64,000 nucleotides of DNA, from IMG/VR virus record IMGVR_UViG_3300042317_001568, positions 1 through 64,000 of that record; one strand, written 5' to 3'. The notes under the pieces are model-generated. The model made no database searches. It was not told the DNA's origin and was given only the letters and a program-made list of their open reading frames with translations. The translations under genes and the position numbers were made by a program. Of this stretch, positions 33,454 through 43,536 are shown in pieces. Within the stretch, counting starts at the first letter, position 1; the number at the start of each line of letters is the position of its first letter.

Positions 33454-33607
33454 CTATGGACCTTCACGACAAATTCTTTGGGGCTACAAACATGACTGTC
33501 CCCGTGGCCATTGCAACCGCGATTGCATTGTGCTGTGGGCTTGTGGTTGTCGTAATTACGGTATTGTGTCTCGACCTGTGGCGAGTTGGGCGCAGGAGAC
33601 GTTAAAC

Positions 33608-33958
33608 ATGTCGCCTGAAAATCGTTGGACTGCCGGAACACGCCTGTCAGCCCTTAGCTGGTCTACTGACCCGAGAGTACGCGCGATCGCTGTTGAAGAA
33701 GAAAACGTGACAGAAAAACTTGATTCTCGACGCGCGCGTATTTCTGCGCTGTTGCTCACGTGGTGGTTTTTGAGTTGCGTACTTTGGTTTGGGCTGTCAT
33801 ATTTGTGGACGTTCGACAGTTGGCAGCAGCTTTTGCAGGTTTTTAAATATGCGGGAATGGTCGTAGGCGTTGTCGCAGCTATTTTCGGCTGCATGACCAC
33901 GTTCGCTTTTGTTCTCACCCGCGGCCGGCTGTTTGAAGGTAATTACCGTGACTTTTAA
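33608..33958 (+). CDS. Two-TM membrane protein (start uncertain)
   Basis: GGAGA RBS; two hydrophobic helices. Confidence 0.55.
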   Translation: MSPENRWTAGTRLSALSWSTDPRVRAIAVEEENVTEKLDSRRARISALLLTWWFLSCVLWFGLSYLWTFDSWQQLLQVFKYAGMVVGVVAAIFGCMTTFAFVLTRGRLFEGNYRDF

Positions 33959-33974
33959 CAACAAGGACAAAGCC

Positions 33975-34217
33975 ATGCCAGACCGTTTTGACTTAGAAAA
34001 CGAAATCACGAACCTGACGGCTGTGTCAGACGACCTTGTATTGCTAGCAGGCGCGGTGCTCGAAAGAGAAGAGTTTTCAGCAGACGAGCTTTCTAACGCG
34101 CTGCTTGGTCTGAGCGTTATGGTGACGCTGCGCTCTGAAAAGCTGTTTGACATCTTTAAGGCGGTCTTCCAGCTCGACGAATACTCGCCCGAGATGCAGA
34201 AGTACACCCGCGAGTGA
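33975..34217 (+). CDS. Hypothetical phage protein (DRFDLE type)
   Basis: AAGGA RBS; MPDRFDLENEI. Confidence 0.75.
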   Translation: MPDRFDLENEITNLTAVSDDLVLLAGAVLEREEFSADELSNALLGLSVMVTLRSEKLFDIFKAVFQLDEYSPEMQKYTRE

Positions 34218-34220
34218 CGC

Positions 34221-34472
34221 ATGGAAGACTTTAGCTGGCTCCGCGCGATTACCGTATTCTTTGTGTACGTGCTGTTTGACATCTTGTACGCCTTATACGT
34301 AATTTGCGTCAGCAAGCAGCGGCCGCTTGCAGCCAGTGGAATCAGCGCCGTTATGTACAGCGTTGGTGCGTATGGCGTCATGAGCTATCTACACAACCCG
34401 ATCTACCTTATTCCGCTCGCGTGCGGAGCGTTTATCGGCACGTACGTCGCCGTAAAATACATGAGCAAGTAA
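34221..34472 (+). CDS. Small three-TM membrane protein
   Basis: Hydrophobic; GAFIGTY. Confidence 0.7.
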   Translation: MEDFSWLRAITVFFVYVLFDILYALYVICVSKQRPLAASGISAVMYSVGAYGVMSYLHNPIYLIPLACGAFIGTYVAVKYMSK

Positions 34473-34477
34473 CGGGC

Positions 34478-34888
34478 ATGACGCCGTTTCGGCATACGAC
34501 GATTGCCATAGACTTCGACCGCACGTTTACCAGTGACGTCGAATTCTGGCGATTTTTTATCCGGCACGCTGTTCGACGCGGGCACAAAGTTCTTTGCGTG
34601 ACCGGCCGGACGGAGAGCGCCTTTACCCGGCGCGAGCTGTTCTCTGTCTTTGGCGAGAAGACGTACAGCCTGCTGCACGACGTGATTTTCTGCAATCATT
34701 CTCCCAAACGCGACCGCACGCTGGCGCTGGGCTACAAAATAGATATCTGGATCGACGACATGCCCGAGGGTATTGGCGCGGCAGACAAGGCCGTCTTTGA
34801 GCGGCTTGAAGATATGTTTCCGGTATGCGAGACTCTTCCTGTGTTCACTAAAGGTAACGTAGACCCTAGTAAGGTTTGGACACCATGA
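34478..34888 (+). CDS. HAD-superfamily hydrolase
   Basis: [17 protein letters not shown]. Confidence 0.8.
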   Translation: MTPFRHTTIAIDFDRTFTSDVEFWRFFIRHAVRRGHKVLCVTGRTESAFTRRELFSVFGEKTYSLLHDVIFCNHSPKRDRTLALGYKIDIWIDDMPEGIGAADKAVFERLEDMFPVCETLPVFTKGNVDPSKVWTP

Positions 34889-35142
34889 CACTGCCCTATG
34901 AGCGCACCCGGTCGGTCGTTAACGTGCATGACTTTCTTGTGCGCTTAATCAGTCCGTACAATAAAGACGGCTTCAAGAGAATTCCCAAGGTTGTTCGGCA
35001 AGAGGCGTTAGCGCTACTTCGGCACTATCCGCAGCCGTACGATATTCACGCCGCAGCCAAATGCGCGCCAGATGTGTTCGACGCGCAGGAAATACTTCGC
35101 TATAACGAAGAGCGCAACCCCGAGCCCCTTACCGATATTTAA
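34885..35142 (+). CDS. BPSL0761-like hypothetical protein
   Basis: [11 protein letters not shown]...RQEA..LLRHYP. Confidence 0.7.
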   Translation: MTLPYERTRSVVNVHDFLVRLISPYNKDGFKRIPKVVRQEALALLRHYPQPYDIHAAAKCAPDVFDAQEILRYNEERNPEPLTDI

Positions 35143-35155
35143 GCTGTGGTATACT

Positions 35156-35506
35156 ATGATTGGCGTCAATTTATTAACTGTAGTTGTCGCCGCGTGGTTT
35201 GCAGGCGTACTTATCGGATACACGATTGCGCGCCTCGACGGTATTGGTCGGCATCTGTATAACTCGTCTGCAAACAACCTTCAGCCGGAAATGCGGCAGC
35301 CGGGATTTTTTACGAAAAATCGGGCCGCTGCGCCGGCTGAAGTTATTAAAACAGCCAAGATTGATATCGATACCAGCAAGGTCGTCACAGAAATAAGCAC
35401 CAAAGGACTTGAACGCGTCTCGCCGGCTGAGCTGGGCACAACCACGACGACCGAAGACACGATCAATAAATCGGTATCTCGGCTCTCGCAACTAAAGGGT
35501 AAATGA
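35156..35506 (+). CDS. Membrane-anchored hypothetical protein
   Basis: N-terminal TM segment; abuts the actin-like gene. Confidence 0.65.
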   Translation: MIGVNLLTVVVAAWFAGVLIGYTIARLDGIGRHLYNSSANNLQPEMRQPGFFTKNRAAAPAEVIKTAKIDIDTSKVVTEISTKGLERVSPAELGTTTTTEDTINKSVSRLSQLKGK

Positions 35507-35507
35507 C

Positions 35508-36542
35508 ATGGCCAAAGGACTCGACGTCGGTACCTCGTTTATTGTTCTTGCCGCGAACTCTTCTGCCCCCGCGAGTTTCACGGGTGACGAGACGTTTGAC
35601 TACGTTCAGTACAAAGAGTTCCGGGACGCGTTCTACGTCATTAAGCCTACGACCCCTGTAGCCACGAAAATGATCGAAAAGGGCCTGCAGGGCAAAGTCT
35701 TTGTCAAAGACGCCGACGGCACGTTTATCATTCTGGGCCAAGACGCTATTGAGAAAGCTGTCGAGCGCAACGACTCCGCCAAGCGTCCGATGTACCGCGG
35801 CGTCGTGTCGAGCAAAGAAAAAGAAGCGAAGCGCGTACTCGCCTACATTCTGAAACAAGTTTGTGGCAAGGCCGACGAGCCAAATGAGAAGCTCGTGTTC
35901 TGCATTCCAGCGCAGCCTGTAGACCAAGACGACGACGACTTTGACGTCGGCTACCACGAAGACGTGGTCCGGACTATTTTGGCTGAATGCGGCTACAGCG
36001 CGCGAGCCATCAATGAGGCCGAAGCGCTGTGCTACTCGGAGCTAGAGAGCGACGATTACACCGGCGTAGCGCTTTCCTGTGGCGCCGGCATGGTGAACTG
36101 CTGCGTTATGCTCAACGGCGAGCCTACGGTGATGTTCAGCACCACAAAGTCCGGCGACTGGATTGATCGCATGACCGCTGTAGCCGTTGGCGAACCAGAT
36201 AGCGTGGTGCAGGCTGAAAAAGAGAACGGCGAGTTTGTGATTGGCGAACAGAATGACAATCCAATTTTGGCGGCTGTGTCGAGCTACTACGAGCGCCTGA
36301 TCGATTACACAACAAAGAATCTTGCCGCTGCTATGACGGGCCACAAGCTGTTGCCGAAGTTCAAGAATCCGCTGCCGGTTGTCATTGCCGGCGGAACATC
36401 ACAGGCGGCGGGTTTTGTTGCGCTGTTTCAGAAGAAACTTGCTGACAATGAGTTTCCGCTCCCAGTCAGCGAAGTGCGTCACGCCAAAGACCCGCTGCAC
36501 GCTGTTGCTCGCGGCTGTCTAATCGCCGCAAAAGTTCTTTGA
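35508..36542 (+). CDS. Actin-like ATPase (ASKHA; MamK/MreB/ParM-related)
   Basis: GLDVGT (phosphate 1), INEAEA (connect 1), SCGAGMVN (phosphate 2), IAGGTS (adenosine), AVARG (connect 2). Confidence 0.85.
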   Translation: MAKGLDVGTSFIVLAANSSAPASFTGDETFDYVQYKEFRDAFYVIKPTTPVATKMIEKGLQGKVFVKDADGTFIILGQDAIEKAVERNDSAKRPMYRGVVSSKEKEAKRVLAYILKQVCGKADEPNEKLVFCIPAQPVDQDDDDFDVGYHEDVVRTILAECGYSARAINEAEALCYSELESDDYTGVALSCGAGMVNCCVMLNGEPTVMFSTTKSGDWIDRMTAVAVGEPDSVVQAEKENGEFVIGEQNDNPILAAVSSYYERLIDYTTKNLAAAMTGHKLLPKFKNPLPVVIAGGTSQAAGFVALFQKKLADNEFPLPVSEVRHAKDPLHAVARGCLIAAKVL

Positions 36543-36608
36543 CGCGCTAGACGCGATTCTGACCGCGGTGTACCATGGCACCTTTGCACGAACGCAGAAG
36601 GTGAACAT

Positions 36609-37076
36609 ATGCGGCGACGGGCTAAGTTTGAAGGAATTATCATTGCGCGATACGGAAACATTAACGGACCCGACGAGCTGCAGAATTCACCAAAATTTGT
36701 CGAACAAACTTTAAAAGCGGGCTGGCACGTATGCGTCGAAGTGGTTTTCCACAACGGCGCATTTTTATTGCCCCACGCAGAGATTAACGGGCACTCTTTT
36801 ACGCCTGTCCCGCCGTCCTTTTTTTCTCGGCAGCGTGTGTGGGCGTGCGCAACAAATCCTGAAACGTTAGACGCGCTGTGCAATATTAATGCGCACTGCT
36901 TTATGTTTTCTGGAGAGCAGCCTACGCTGACGAGCGCGCATTTTATCTGGACGCCGACGCCACACGCGCTGACAGACCGCGGAATTGCCTATTTGCCTGA
37001 AACCGCCCCGCCGGACTGGCTTGAGAATTGTGAGCCAGCCGGCCTATGCAGTGACCAACCCGCGCAGTATATCTAA
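36609..37076 (+). CDS. Hypothetical protein, remotely GDPD-like
   Basis: IIARYGNINGP...EN.P...G.CSD; the usual HRG is altered. Confidence 0.55.
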   Translation: MRRRAKFEGIIIARYGNINGPDELQNSPKFVEQTLKAGWHVCVEVVFHNGAFLLPHAEINGHSFTPVPPSFFSRQRVWACATNPETLDALCNINAHCFMFSGEQPTLTSAHFIWTPTPHALTDRGIAYLPETAPPDWLENCEPAGLCSDQPAQYI

Positions 37077-37220
37077 GCGTAGTGGTCTGCGTTCGTTGAC
37101 AACTTGGCCGGCAAAAGCGGTTTTATTCGGGTTTATCGCTGCGCGATAAAACTGTTAAAATACGTGTGCGTCGAGAATTAGTTGTGGCGGTCAACTGGTT
37201 AGGGCTGTAGAACGACAGGG

Positions 37221-37430
37221 ATGTCTATTTTGCAGCTGGTGTCGTGGTCAGGTACTAGCCGAGAACACGATTGGAGGCACGGCGAATGCCGCACGAGACA
37301 ATTTTTTGTCTTCGAAAGTCGCCGTAAAGTCTCGATTTTTAATCGAGATACGGACTCGCGGAAGGGGATCGCGAGAATTCTCGACGCACACAAATCTTTA
37401 CCCGCCAACGGTTTAAACGATGTTAAATGA
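37221..37430 (+). CDS. Hypothetical protein
   Basis: Short ORF overlapping the next gene. Confidence 0.5.
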   Translation: MSILQLVSWSGTSREHDWRHGECRTRQFFVFESRRKVSIFNRDTDSRKGIARILDAHKSLPANGLNDVK

Positions 37431-37776
37431 AATAACAGAGCCGTTGGCGGTCTTTTTTAGCGCCTTTGGTGTTTCGGCTTTTGCCGGGCTGGCAACGCTT
37501 TTGCGCTTTGCCCGGAAACTGTCTAAACTATCTATCATCAGCGCGATGCTAAACGCCGGTTTTATGGGTTTAGCGATTTCGCTGCTTTGGTATCAAAACT
37601 ACAGAAAAGCAGAAAACATTTCGGGCCTGATTGGCATCTGTGTTGTAGCCGGGATGGGTGGCGGAACACTAACAGACATTTTAATCTCGTTACTGTCCGG
37701 CGCCGGCATTCGTGTTACCATTACCCACGAAAGGGAGCAGCATGAAAGCGATCGCGATACCCCAACATTACCGTAA
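37420..37776 (+). CDS. Holin-like three-TM membrane protein
   Basis: Three short TM helices and a charged C-tail. Confidence 0.55.
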   Translation: MLNEITEPLAVFFSAFGVSAFAGLATLLRFARKLSKLSIISAMLNAGFMGLAISLLWYQNYRKAENISGLIGICVVAGMGGGTLTDILISLLSGAGIRVTITHEREQHESDRDTPTLP

Positions 37777-37915
37777 TCAACTAAGTCTTTTGTCTTGGGT
37801 CTTCGCGGCAATTTGCGCGGGGCTCCTTTTTTTGGCGGCGGCTGCTTCGGCCAATTCCAGTCACGCCGATACACGCGCCACGAACACGGTAGTTGTATCC
37901 GCTCAGACAAAGTAG
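37742..37915 (+). CDS. Small membrane protein
   Basis: AGGGAG RBS; one TM segment. Confidence 0.5.
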   Translation: MKAIAIPQHYRNQLSLLSWVFAAICAGLLFLAAAASANSSHADTRATNTVVVSAQTK

Positions 37916-37925
37916 TGGTGCCGCC

Positions 37926-39311
37926 ATGGACGGCCTCTCCGTACTTGACCCGTCGGGCTGGGAGCCGACCAGCCTAAAGAAATGCGCCGCGTATGCGCAG
38001 GGTAATGCGCTAGGCTGGCTGAGCCGTTCTGATAAGCAAGCGAGCGTCAATCACCCGCTCGCCGGCCGCCTGTATTTAGCCAAAAGCGGGTGGCTGCTTC
38101 TTTCTGTCCCGAACGCCTTTGTGCGTGGCGTGTACGACGCCCTTGTTGCGCCGGGCGCTGAACTTCCGCTTGCCGGCACCATGAACGTGCCCAATGTCGA
38201 CGCGGGCGTCCTGAACGCCCATATTTCCGTAATGACTGCCGACGAGGTGCAGTCAATCGGCGCCGACAAGATTAACGAGCGCGGGCACATGTTTTACTAC
38301 GGCCTCGGCCCAGTGAAAGAGATTCCCGTTACCAGCATCGAAGGCGTCAGCAAAGTCTGGGTTGTGCAGGTAGCCAGCCCGACCCTCGCGGCTTTGCGCA
38401 AAAGCTACGGCCTGACCCCGCTACCGAAAGGAAACCACCCGTTCCACATCACTATTGCCGCTCGGCGCAAGCACGTGATGGGCAACAACACTGTCAGCAA
38501 ATTTGACACAGCCCAAGGCCGCGGCGAGCTAAAAGCCGCAGAACTTTCCCGTTCGGGACAAAAAGTTGCCCGCTCGGGACAAAACGACCTTTTACCGGGC
38601 GGAAAAGCCGACAATTTACCCGATCGGGATTTTTCTTCGTCTGCCTTAGCTGAAGGAGCTAAACATGAACACGAACACGTCACAAATGACCAAATCGCCA
38701 AAGAAATTGCCAAAGATCATTTGCTCGAAGACCCCACCTACTACGAAAAAGTAAAGAAGATCGAAAAAGCGGCCAGCCCCGTGTTGAAAATGCTGCGCGA
38801 GGCCAAAGAGCACTCTGATAACAAGCGCTACGAGCACAAGGCGCGCATTTTGCGGCAATTGATGTCACAGTCTCCGCAAGACTGGGTGATCGACGACAAT
38901 AAGCCCAAGTTCAAGGGTGTGACACATAAACCTACGAACTTCCGCCTGCACGCCGACCCGCGCAGCATTGATCCGAGAGTAAAAGCCGCTTACTTCAACA
39001 CCAACTCGCCTTATCGCAGCGTGTACGTTCAGGAGATGCTCAATCAGTTTAACCGGCGCATTCCGATTACGTACGATCACAACTTGCCGCTGTTTAAAAA
39101 CATCCAGAATCAGTTGCTAGAGGTCAAGAACCGCGGAGACTTTATTCTGCGCACGAGGCAGAACGCCGAGATGTACCGGGCGCATCTTGATCCGATGTAT
39201 CGCCAGCAGCGGGCGCTTGATGCGTTCCACAACCGCGACCAGCAGATGCCCATGCTCGACCGCGTGATTTCGCGACACGGTAACGACATTCTTGGCGCTG
39301 GAGGTGCGTGA
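37926..39311 (+). CDS. Modular protein: 2H-phosphoesterase-like domain, a module resembling DUF5661, and further modules
   Basis: NAHISV and FHITIA; EGAKHEHEH...AKEIAKDHL.EDP.YY. Confidence 0.7.
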   Translation: MDGLSVLDPSGWEPTSLKKCAAYAQGNALGWLSRSDKQASVNHPLAGRLYLAKSGWLLLSVPNAFVRGVYDALVAPGAELPLAGTMNVPNVDAGVLNAHISVMTADEVQSIGADKINERGHMFYYGLGPVKEIPVTSIEGVSKVWVVQVASPTLAALRKSYGLTPLPKGNHPFHITIAARRKHVMGNNTVSKFDTAQGRGELKAAELSRSGQKVARSGQNDLLPGGKADNLPDRDFSSSALAEGAKHEHEHVTNDQIAKEIAKDHLLEDPTYYEKVKKIEKAASPVLKMLREAKEHSDNKRYEHKARILRQLMSQSPQDWVIDDNKPKFKGVTHKPTNFRLHADPRSIDPRVKAAYFNTNSPYRSVYVQEMLNQFNRRIPITYDHNLPLFKNIQNQLLEVKNRGDFILRTRQNAEMYRAHLDPMYRQQRALDAFHNRDQQMPMLDRVISRHGNDILGAGGA

Positions 39312-39580
39312 TGTTAGGCAGCAATCTCAAAAAGTTATGGACCGACCTCACTAAAAAGACGCCAACCGATATTCCGGCGCTTCCTGAAATACCGAACAAG
39401 CCGCCGAACGCGTTGCATTTGATGTGGCTGCTCTGGCGGCAGAAAATCGACAAAACAAAGTGGTATTCGATGCTCGTAACAGTACCGATGATTGTTTTTT
39501 TATCTATCAGTGGGATTGTGGCGTGGGTGGCTGTACTCGGCGGATTTTTTTGGCGTTTGTTTAAGGCTATCGCTACATGA
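39308..39580 (+). CDS. Membrane protein
   Basis: C-terminal TM segment. Confidence 0.6.
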   Translation: MMLGSNLKKLWTDLTKKTPTDIPALPEIPNKPPNALHLMWLLWRQKIDKTKWYSMLVTVPMIVFLSISGIVAWVAVLGGFFWRLFKAIAT

Positions 39581-40560
39581 CGCTCATTTCGTGGAAAAAC
39601 GTACCGGATATTGTGACGCAAACGCTCCCGCACGCGCTTGCGGCGAAGAACGCTTATCTAGAGCAAGCGAAAGAGCGTTTCCAGTTTCCGGGTGAGATCG
39701 TGACATGGCAACCCGGCAGCGACCGCATTCGTATTTACAGCATAGAAACAAACACGCCGCTGAAGTTCGACAAGTACGCGTTTGAGTTTGTGCCAATGTC
39801 TCGGCAGCCTGACTTGACCGCGGAGATATTAATTAAACGCGCAGCGCTTCCGGTTGTCGGGCCCGTGTTTGATTTTGCGCACAAAGCTCTAGGTGGCCCT
39901 CGGCCCCTGTCAAACGCTATCGTCGCTGGTTTACTAGCCGGCGGACTTGGCTATGGCGCAGGCACACTGATGGAGCAGCTGTTTCCAGAACGCTATTTAC
40001 GCCGCGGTAAGATTCGGCGCACTCTTGGTTTAACTGGCGTCGGCGCTGGCGCATTGCTCGGCTTGAACAACGCTTACGCAAACGCTGAGCACACAGGGCA
40101 AAGTTTTGTTGACGGTCTACTGACCCGTAACGACTCGATGCCGGATTACCCCGAACCGCCCGACGTAATCAAAAAAGCGTTCATGACAAATAGCGGGTTG
40201 GATAACGCTATGTATCAGCCTTCTATTTCTGTGCCACAATTTAACAATGCCGCGTGGCGCGACGTAAACATGGGTTTTCAGCGGGGCACGCCATTTTCCA
40301 CCCCACCGGCCTACGCGGCCGCGACAACCGGGTTAATGTCGGGGCTAAGCACCGGCATGAATTCACCGATTATTCGGCCTGTCGACGTTGTGCGCGGTAT
40401 TGCATCCGCTGGTGTTGGTTTAGCCACGGCCACGGTAGCAGGCAAAGCTTTATCGGCGCTGGCGGGGTTAACTCCCGCCGGACAGCAAAAACTGCAAGAC
40501 ATGGGCATGTGGGGCGGAATGATGCGCGCCATCGTTCCATCTATGTTCGGCATGCGTTAA
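39577..40560 (+). CDS. Gly-zipper putative virion protein
   Basis: GLLAGGLGYGAG; KRA/KKA motifs. Confidence 0.7.
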   Translation: MTLISWKNVPDIVTQTLPHALAAKNAYLEQAKERFQFPGEIVTWQPGSDRIRIYSIETNTPLKFDKYAFEFVPMSRQPDLTAEILIKRAALPVVGPVFDFAHKALGGPRPLSNAIVAGLLAGGLGYGAGTLMEQLFPERYLRRGKIRRTLGLTGVGAGALLGLNNAYANAEHTGQSFVDGLLTRNDSMPDYPEPPDVIKKAFMTNSGLDNAMYQPSISVPQFNNAAWRDVNMGFQRGTPFSTPPAYAAATTGLMSGLSTGMNSPIIRPVDVVRGIASAGVGLATATVAGKALSALAGLTPAGQQKLQDMGMWGGMMRAIVPSMFGMR

Positions 40561-40584
40561 AATAAACAACACAGGAAATTTATC

Positions 40585-40953
40585 ATGGAATCAAAAGAAC
40601 TGCCAGTCGTCGCTGAATTTCGTGAAATGAACGCCGCGATGGGCGTAGACGAGAAGTACCTTGTCGAGAAGTGGTTAACACCCGAATTCTGGACTATGGC
40701 TGTTGCCGTAGTGACGAACGTACTGACCGTCGGCGTATTGCTCGGTTTTGTAAACGCGTCTGACGTGCAAGAACTCAGCAAGTCTTTGACTGGCATCATT
40801 ACCGCCACCGAAGTTGTGGTTGTGAACGCACTGCTTGTGTGGAAGTATCTTTCTGGTCGGCAGCAGCTGCGGTCTCAAATGCTGGCATCTCGTTACCGGA
40901 TGATTGAAGCGGTCACAGTAGAGCGCATGCGTTTAGCGAGCACACAAAAATGA
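40585..40953 (+). CDS. Two-TM membrane protein (holin-like candidate)
   Basis: WLTPEFW followed by two TM segments. Confidence 0.6.
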   Translation: MESKELPVVAEFREMNAAMGVDEKYLVEKWLTPEFWTMAVAVVTNVLTVGVLLGFVNASDVQELSKSLTGIITATEVVVVNALLVWKYLSGRQQLRSQMLASRYRMIEAVTVERMRLASTQK

Positions 40954-41372
40954 AATCAATTGACATGGACAAACTGGAGCAGGCAATTAACAGCTCTCCG
41001 GCTTTGTCCGCTGTCGTAAACGAATTAGAAAAATCGATTGCCGATGAAATGGGTGAAAACAACATCGGCATTGATCCGTTTTTAATTCTGATGTTGATTT
41101 CGGTAATTATTCAAGTCGTCCGATTCTGCCAAGAGCGCAACAAGCAGACGGACGACGTTATTGTGGCGGCGTTAACCGGGCTCGACAAATTGCCGCTGCG
41201 CCGGACGATTGTATTACGCCGCCGGGTGGATAAGGCGTGGGTTGAATACTGCCGCAATCGAAATATCTCTGCAACGGCGCCTAATCCTTTACTCGGCGCG
41301 TTGCGAACAATATCTAACAAAATGACCGCAGAAACAGCGCAAGAGTTTGTTGCGGTCGCCAAAACCGTATAG
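40950..41372 (+). CDS. Hypothetical membrane-associated protein
   Basis: GIDPFLILMLISVIIQVVRFC. Confidence 0.65.
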   Translation: MKSIDMDKLEQAINSSPALSAVVNELEKSIADEMGENNIGIDPFLILMLISVIIQVVRFCQERNKQTDDVIVAALTGLDKLPLRRTIVLRRRVDKAWVEYCRNRNISATAPNPLLGALRTISNKMTAETAQEFVAVAKTV

Positions 41373-41379
41373 GTGCCAC

Positions 41380-42198
41380 ATGGCGAAAAAAACAACAGGC
41401 CGTACGAAAGACGTACTGCCGACAAATGAAGTATTGAAATTTTTGTACGACTACGGCTATTTCGGCGGCAAGACGTGGGCGCAAGTGAAAAGCATCCGCG
41501 GCAAAGCTTTAAAAGACGCCGTGTGCGCGTACCAGAAATTTAACGGCATTAATGAGTGCGGTTGCGTGAATGAGGTTACGGCGCACCGCATCAAGAAACG
41601 CCGCTGCGGCCTTCCAGACTTTAATCTGACGGACCCGAGCAGCGTGTGCAAATGGCCGATGAAGAAAATCACGTACCATCACGACATCGCGCTTCCGGGT
41701 TTATCCAACGAGCAGATTGCGCAGGCGTATGACATCGCTTTTTCTCAGTGGGCTGCCGTATGCGACCTTGAGCCTACCCGCGTAGACGCCCCCAACAAAG
41801 CTAACATTTATGCGCGTTCAGGCAGCGGTAAGAAACACCAACTAGACGGTTCTGGCGGCACATTAGCGTGGAGTGAACTGCCGTGCGGTGTGCACGAGAC
41901 CATTCAGCTCGACCAAATGTTCGACGAAGCAGAAGATTGGTCGTTTAACATGGCAATCGCGGTTATTTGTCATGAACTCGGTCACGCGCTTGGTTTACCG
42001 CATTTAAGTTGGGGCAACCTCATGGCGCCGTATTACGACCCGAACGTCACCGCGCCGCAAGCCGGAGACGTCGAAGAAATTGTTAAATTATATGGTTCGC
42101 GGAAGGCGCCCTATAGCGCGATAAAAGACGCTGTTATAGAAGTGAACGGCACTATTACAATTAATGGCCGCCCTTATCTGTTGATACCCCAAACGTGA
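41380..42198 (+). CDS. Matrixin-family (M10) metalloprotease with PG-binding-like pro-domain and cysteine switch
   Basis: FLYDYGY, RRCGLPD, HELGHALGLPH, LMAPYY Met-turn. Confidence 0.9.
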   Translation: MAKKTTGRTKDVLPTNEVLKFLYDYGYFGGKTWAQVKSIRGKALKDAVCAYQKFNGINECGCVNEVTAHRIKKRRCGLPDFNLTDPSSVCKWPMKKITYHHDIALPGLSNEQIAQAYDIAFSQWAAVCDLEPTRVDAPNKANIYARSGSGKKHQLDGSGGTLAWSELPCGVHETIQLDQMFDEAEDWSFNMAIAVICHELGHALGLPHLSWGNLMAPYYDPNVTAPQAGDVEEIVKLYGSRKAPYSAIKDAVIEVNGTITINGRPYLLIPQT

Positions 42199-42239
42199 AC
42201 ATGGTATATTGACCTATTGCCTATTTAAGGGAGCTACAC

Positions 42240-42515
42240 ATGACAAATTTTCAACTAATCTCGCTCGGTGTCGCGCTCGTTGCAGTTGCCGCCGCGTACC
42301 GAAATGAATTACTTGTGCTGGTAAAGAAACTGGTCGGTCGGGCCGGCATGGGCGTGAAGCCGTCGATTGCCGTGACGATTGTGAGCGAGCTTATCTCGGT
42401 CACCGAGCTGCGTGACAAGCTCGCCGCCGAAGGTTGTCCAGAAGGCGTCGAAGCGTGCACGAATCTTCTGCGTGTCATTGTTGAACAATCGCAGCCGGCA
42501 AAAACGGCTGGTTGA
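42240..42515 (+). CDS. Membrane-anchored protein
   Basis: GGAG RBS; N-terminal TM segment. Confidence 0.7.
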   Translation: MTNFQLISLGVALVAVAAAYRNELLVLVKKLVGRAGMGVKPSIAVTIVSELISVTELRDKLAAEGCPEGVEACTNLLRVIVEQSQPAKTAG

Positions 42516-42535
42516 GCCTTTTCGGAATTACAGCC

Positions 42536-42985
42536 ATGAAAAAACTAGTAGCGTTACTCGCGGTCAGCTTAGTCCTGTTTTCATTCGCATTTCCGAATGG
42601 GGTCTCACTCCCGACACGGCCAGCCGTTGTGCAGCCTGAAGACGTCATCACTGCGTTTCCGGACGACGTAATTGTTTCGCTGCTGCGCAAAGCACCGGCG
42701 ACAGACCGTGCGCGGATTGTCGGCGTATACAGCGGCCTTCGCACCGTGCTGATGCGAGACAAAGGCGTGCGCGTATCGAACACCGAAAAGCTGGCCGAAC
42801 TGCATGCTAACACGTTGCAGCTGGCTATTAGCGAAGTCGGCAAGTATCCCGGACTAGACGTGGCAATCGACAACGTATTCAAAAAGGTTGTTGGCACTGA
42901 CGATGTCGTCGCCGCCACACCGCAAATCGTGTCCAATCTTGTAAAAGCCTGCGAAACCGTAATAGTATCCGCGCAAACAAAATGA
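42536..42985 (+). CDS. Exported helical protein
   Basis: Signal peptide MKKLVALLAVSLVLFSFA. Confidence 0.7.
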   Translation: MKKLVALLAVSLVLFSFAFPNGVSLPTRPAVVQPEDVITAFPDDVIVSLLRKAPATDRARIVGVYSGLRTVLMRDKGVRVSNTEKLAELHANTLQLAISEVGKYPGLDVAIDNVFKKVVGTDDVVAATPQIVSNLVKACETVIVSAQTK

Positions 42986-43515
42986 CTTTTATAGAACTAG
43001 TAGCGATTAGTTTGTTAGGCGCGCTCTGGTTGTTAGTCGTAATCAAATCGGTTGCGGCGCTGGCGCGTGCGAAGAGTGTGGTGATTTCGTCACCACAGGG
43101 TTTATCTGTTCGACAGATAGAAAGGGATGATGAAGCTATGGCTGATACCATGACCTATGAAATCACCGTCGCTGCTCCGGCCGCGAATGACGTCGTAAGC
43201 CGCGAAATGACTGTGGTTGTTGATGGCGTGTATCGTGATCCTGTAGTTTTTCCGGCGTATGAAGTGAATCTCGGCCAAGTAAGCGCGCCGCAAGATTCGA
43301 ATGTTGTTGTATCGCTCGTCGACGTTGACGACAGCGGTAATCGGTCTGAACCGGCTACCGTTAGCTTTCAAGCGCTAGACGTTGTTCCCCCTGCAGTTCC
43401 GGGCGGACTCAGCGTCACGGTTGTTGGCGAAACGTTCGTCACCCCCGACGCGCCCGAAGTTGTTGAGCCGGAAGTAACGCCGGAAGTAACGCCTGACAGC
43501 GAAGAGAACAGCTGA
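42982..43515 (+). CDS. Membrane-anchored Ig/Fn3-like protein
   Basis: N-terminal TM; DVDDSGNRSEP...DVVPPAVPGGL. Confidence 0.65.
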   Translation: MTFIELVAISLLGALWLLVVIKSVAALARAKSVVISSPQGLSVRQIERDDEAMADTMTYEITVAAPAANDVVSREMTVVVDGVYRDPVVFPAYEVNLGQVSAPQDSNVVVSLVDVDDSGNRSEPATVSFQALDVVPPAVPGGLSVTVVGETFVTPDAPEVVEPEVTPEVTPDSEENS

Positions 43516-43536
43516 TAATTTTCTCATAGGTGTTTT

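Noticed and set aside
38548-38584. 21-nt-period tandem duplication (CCCG(T/C)TCGGGACAAAA)
   Set aside because: Two copies in a coding linker (SRSGQK/ARSGQN); an ordinary slippage duplication.
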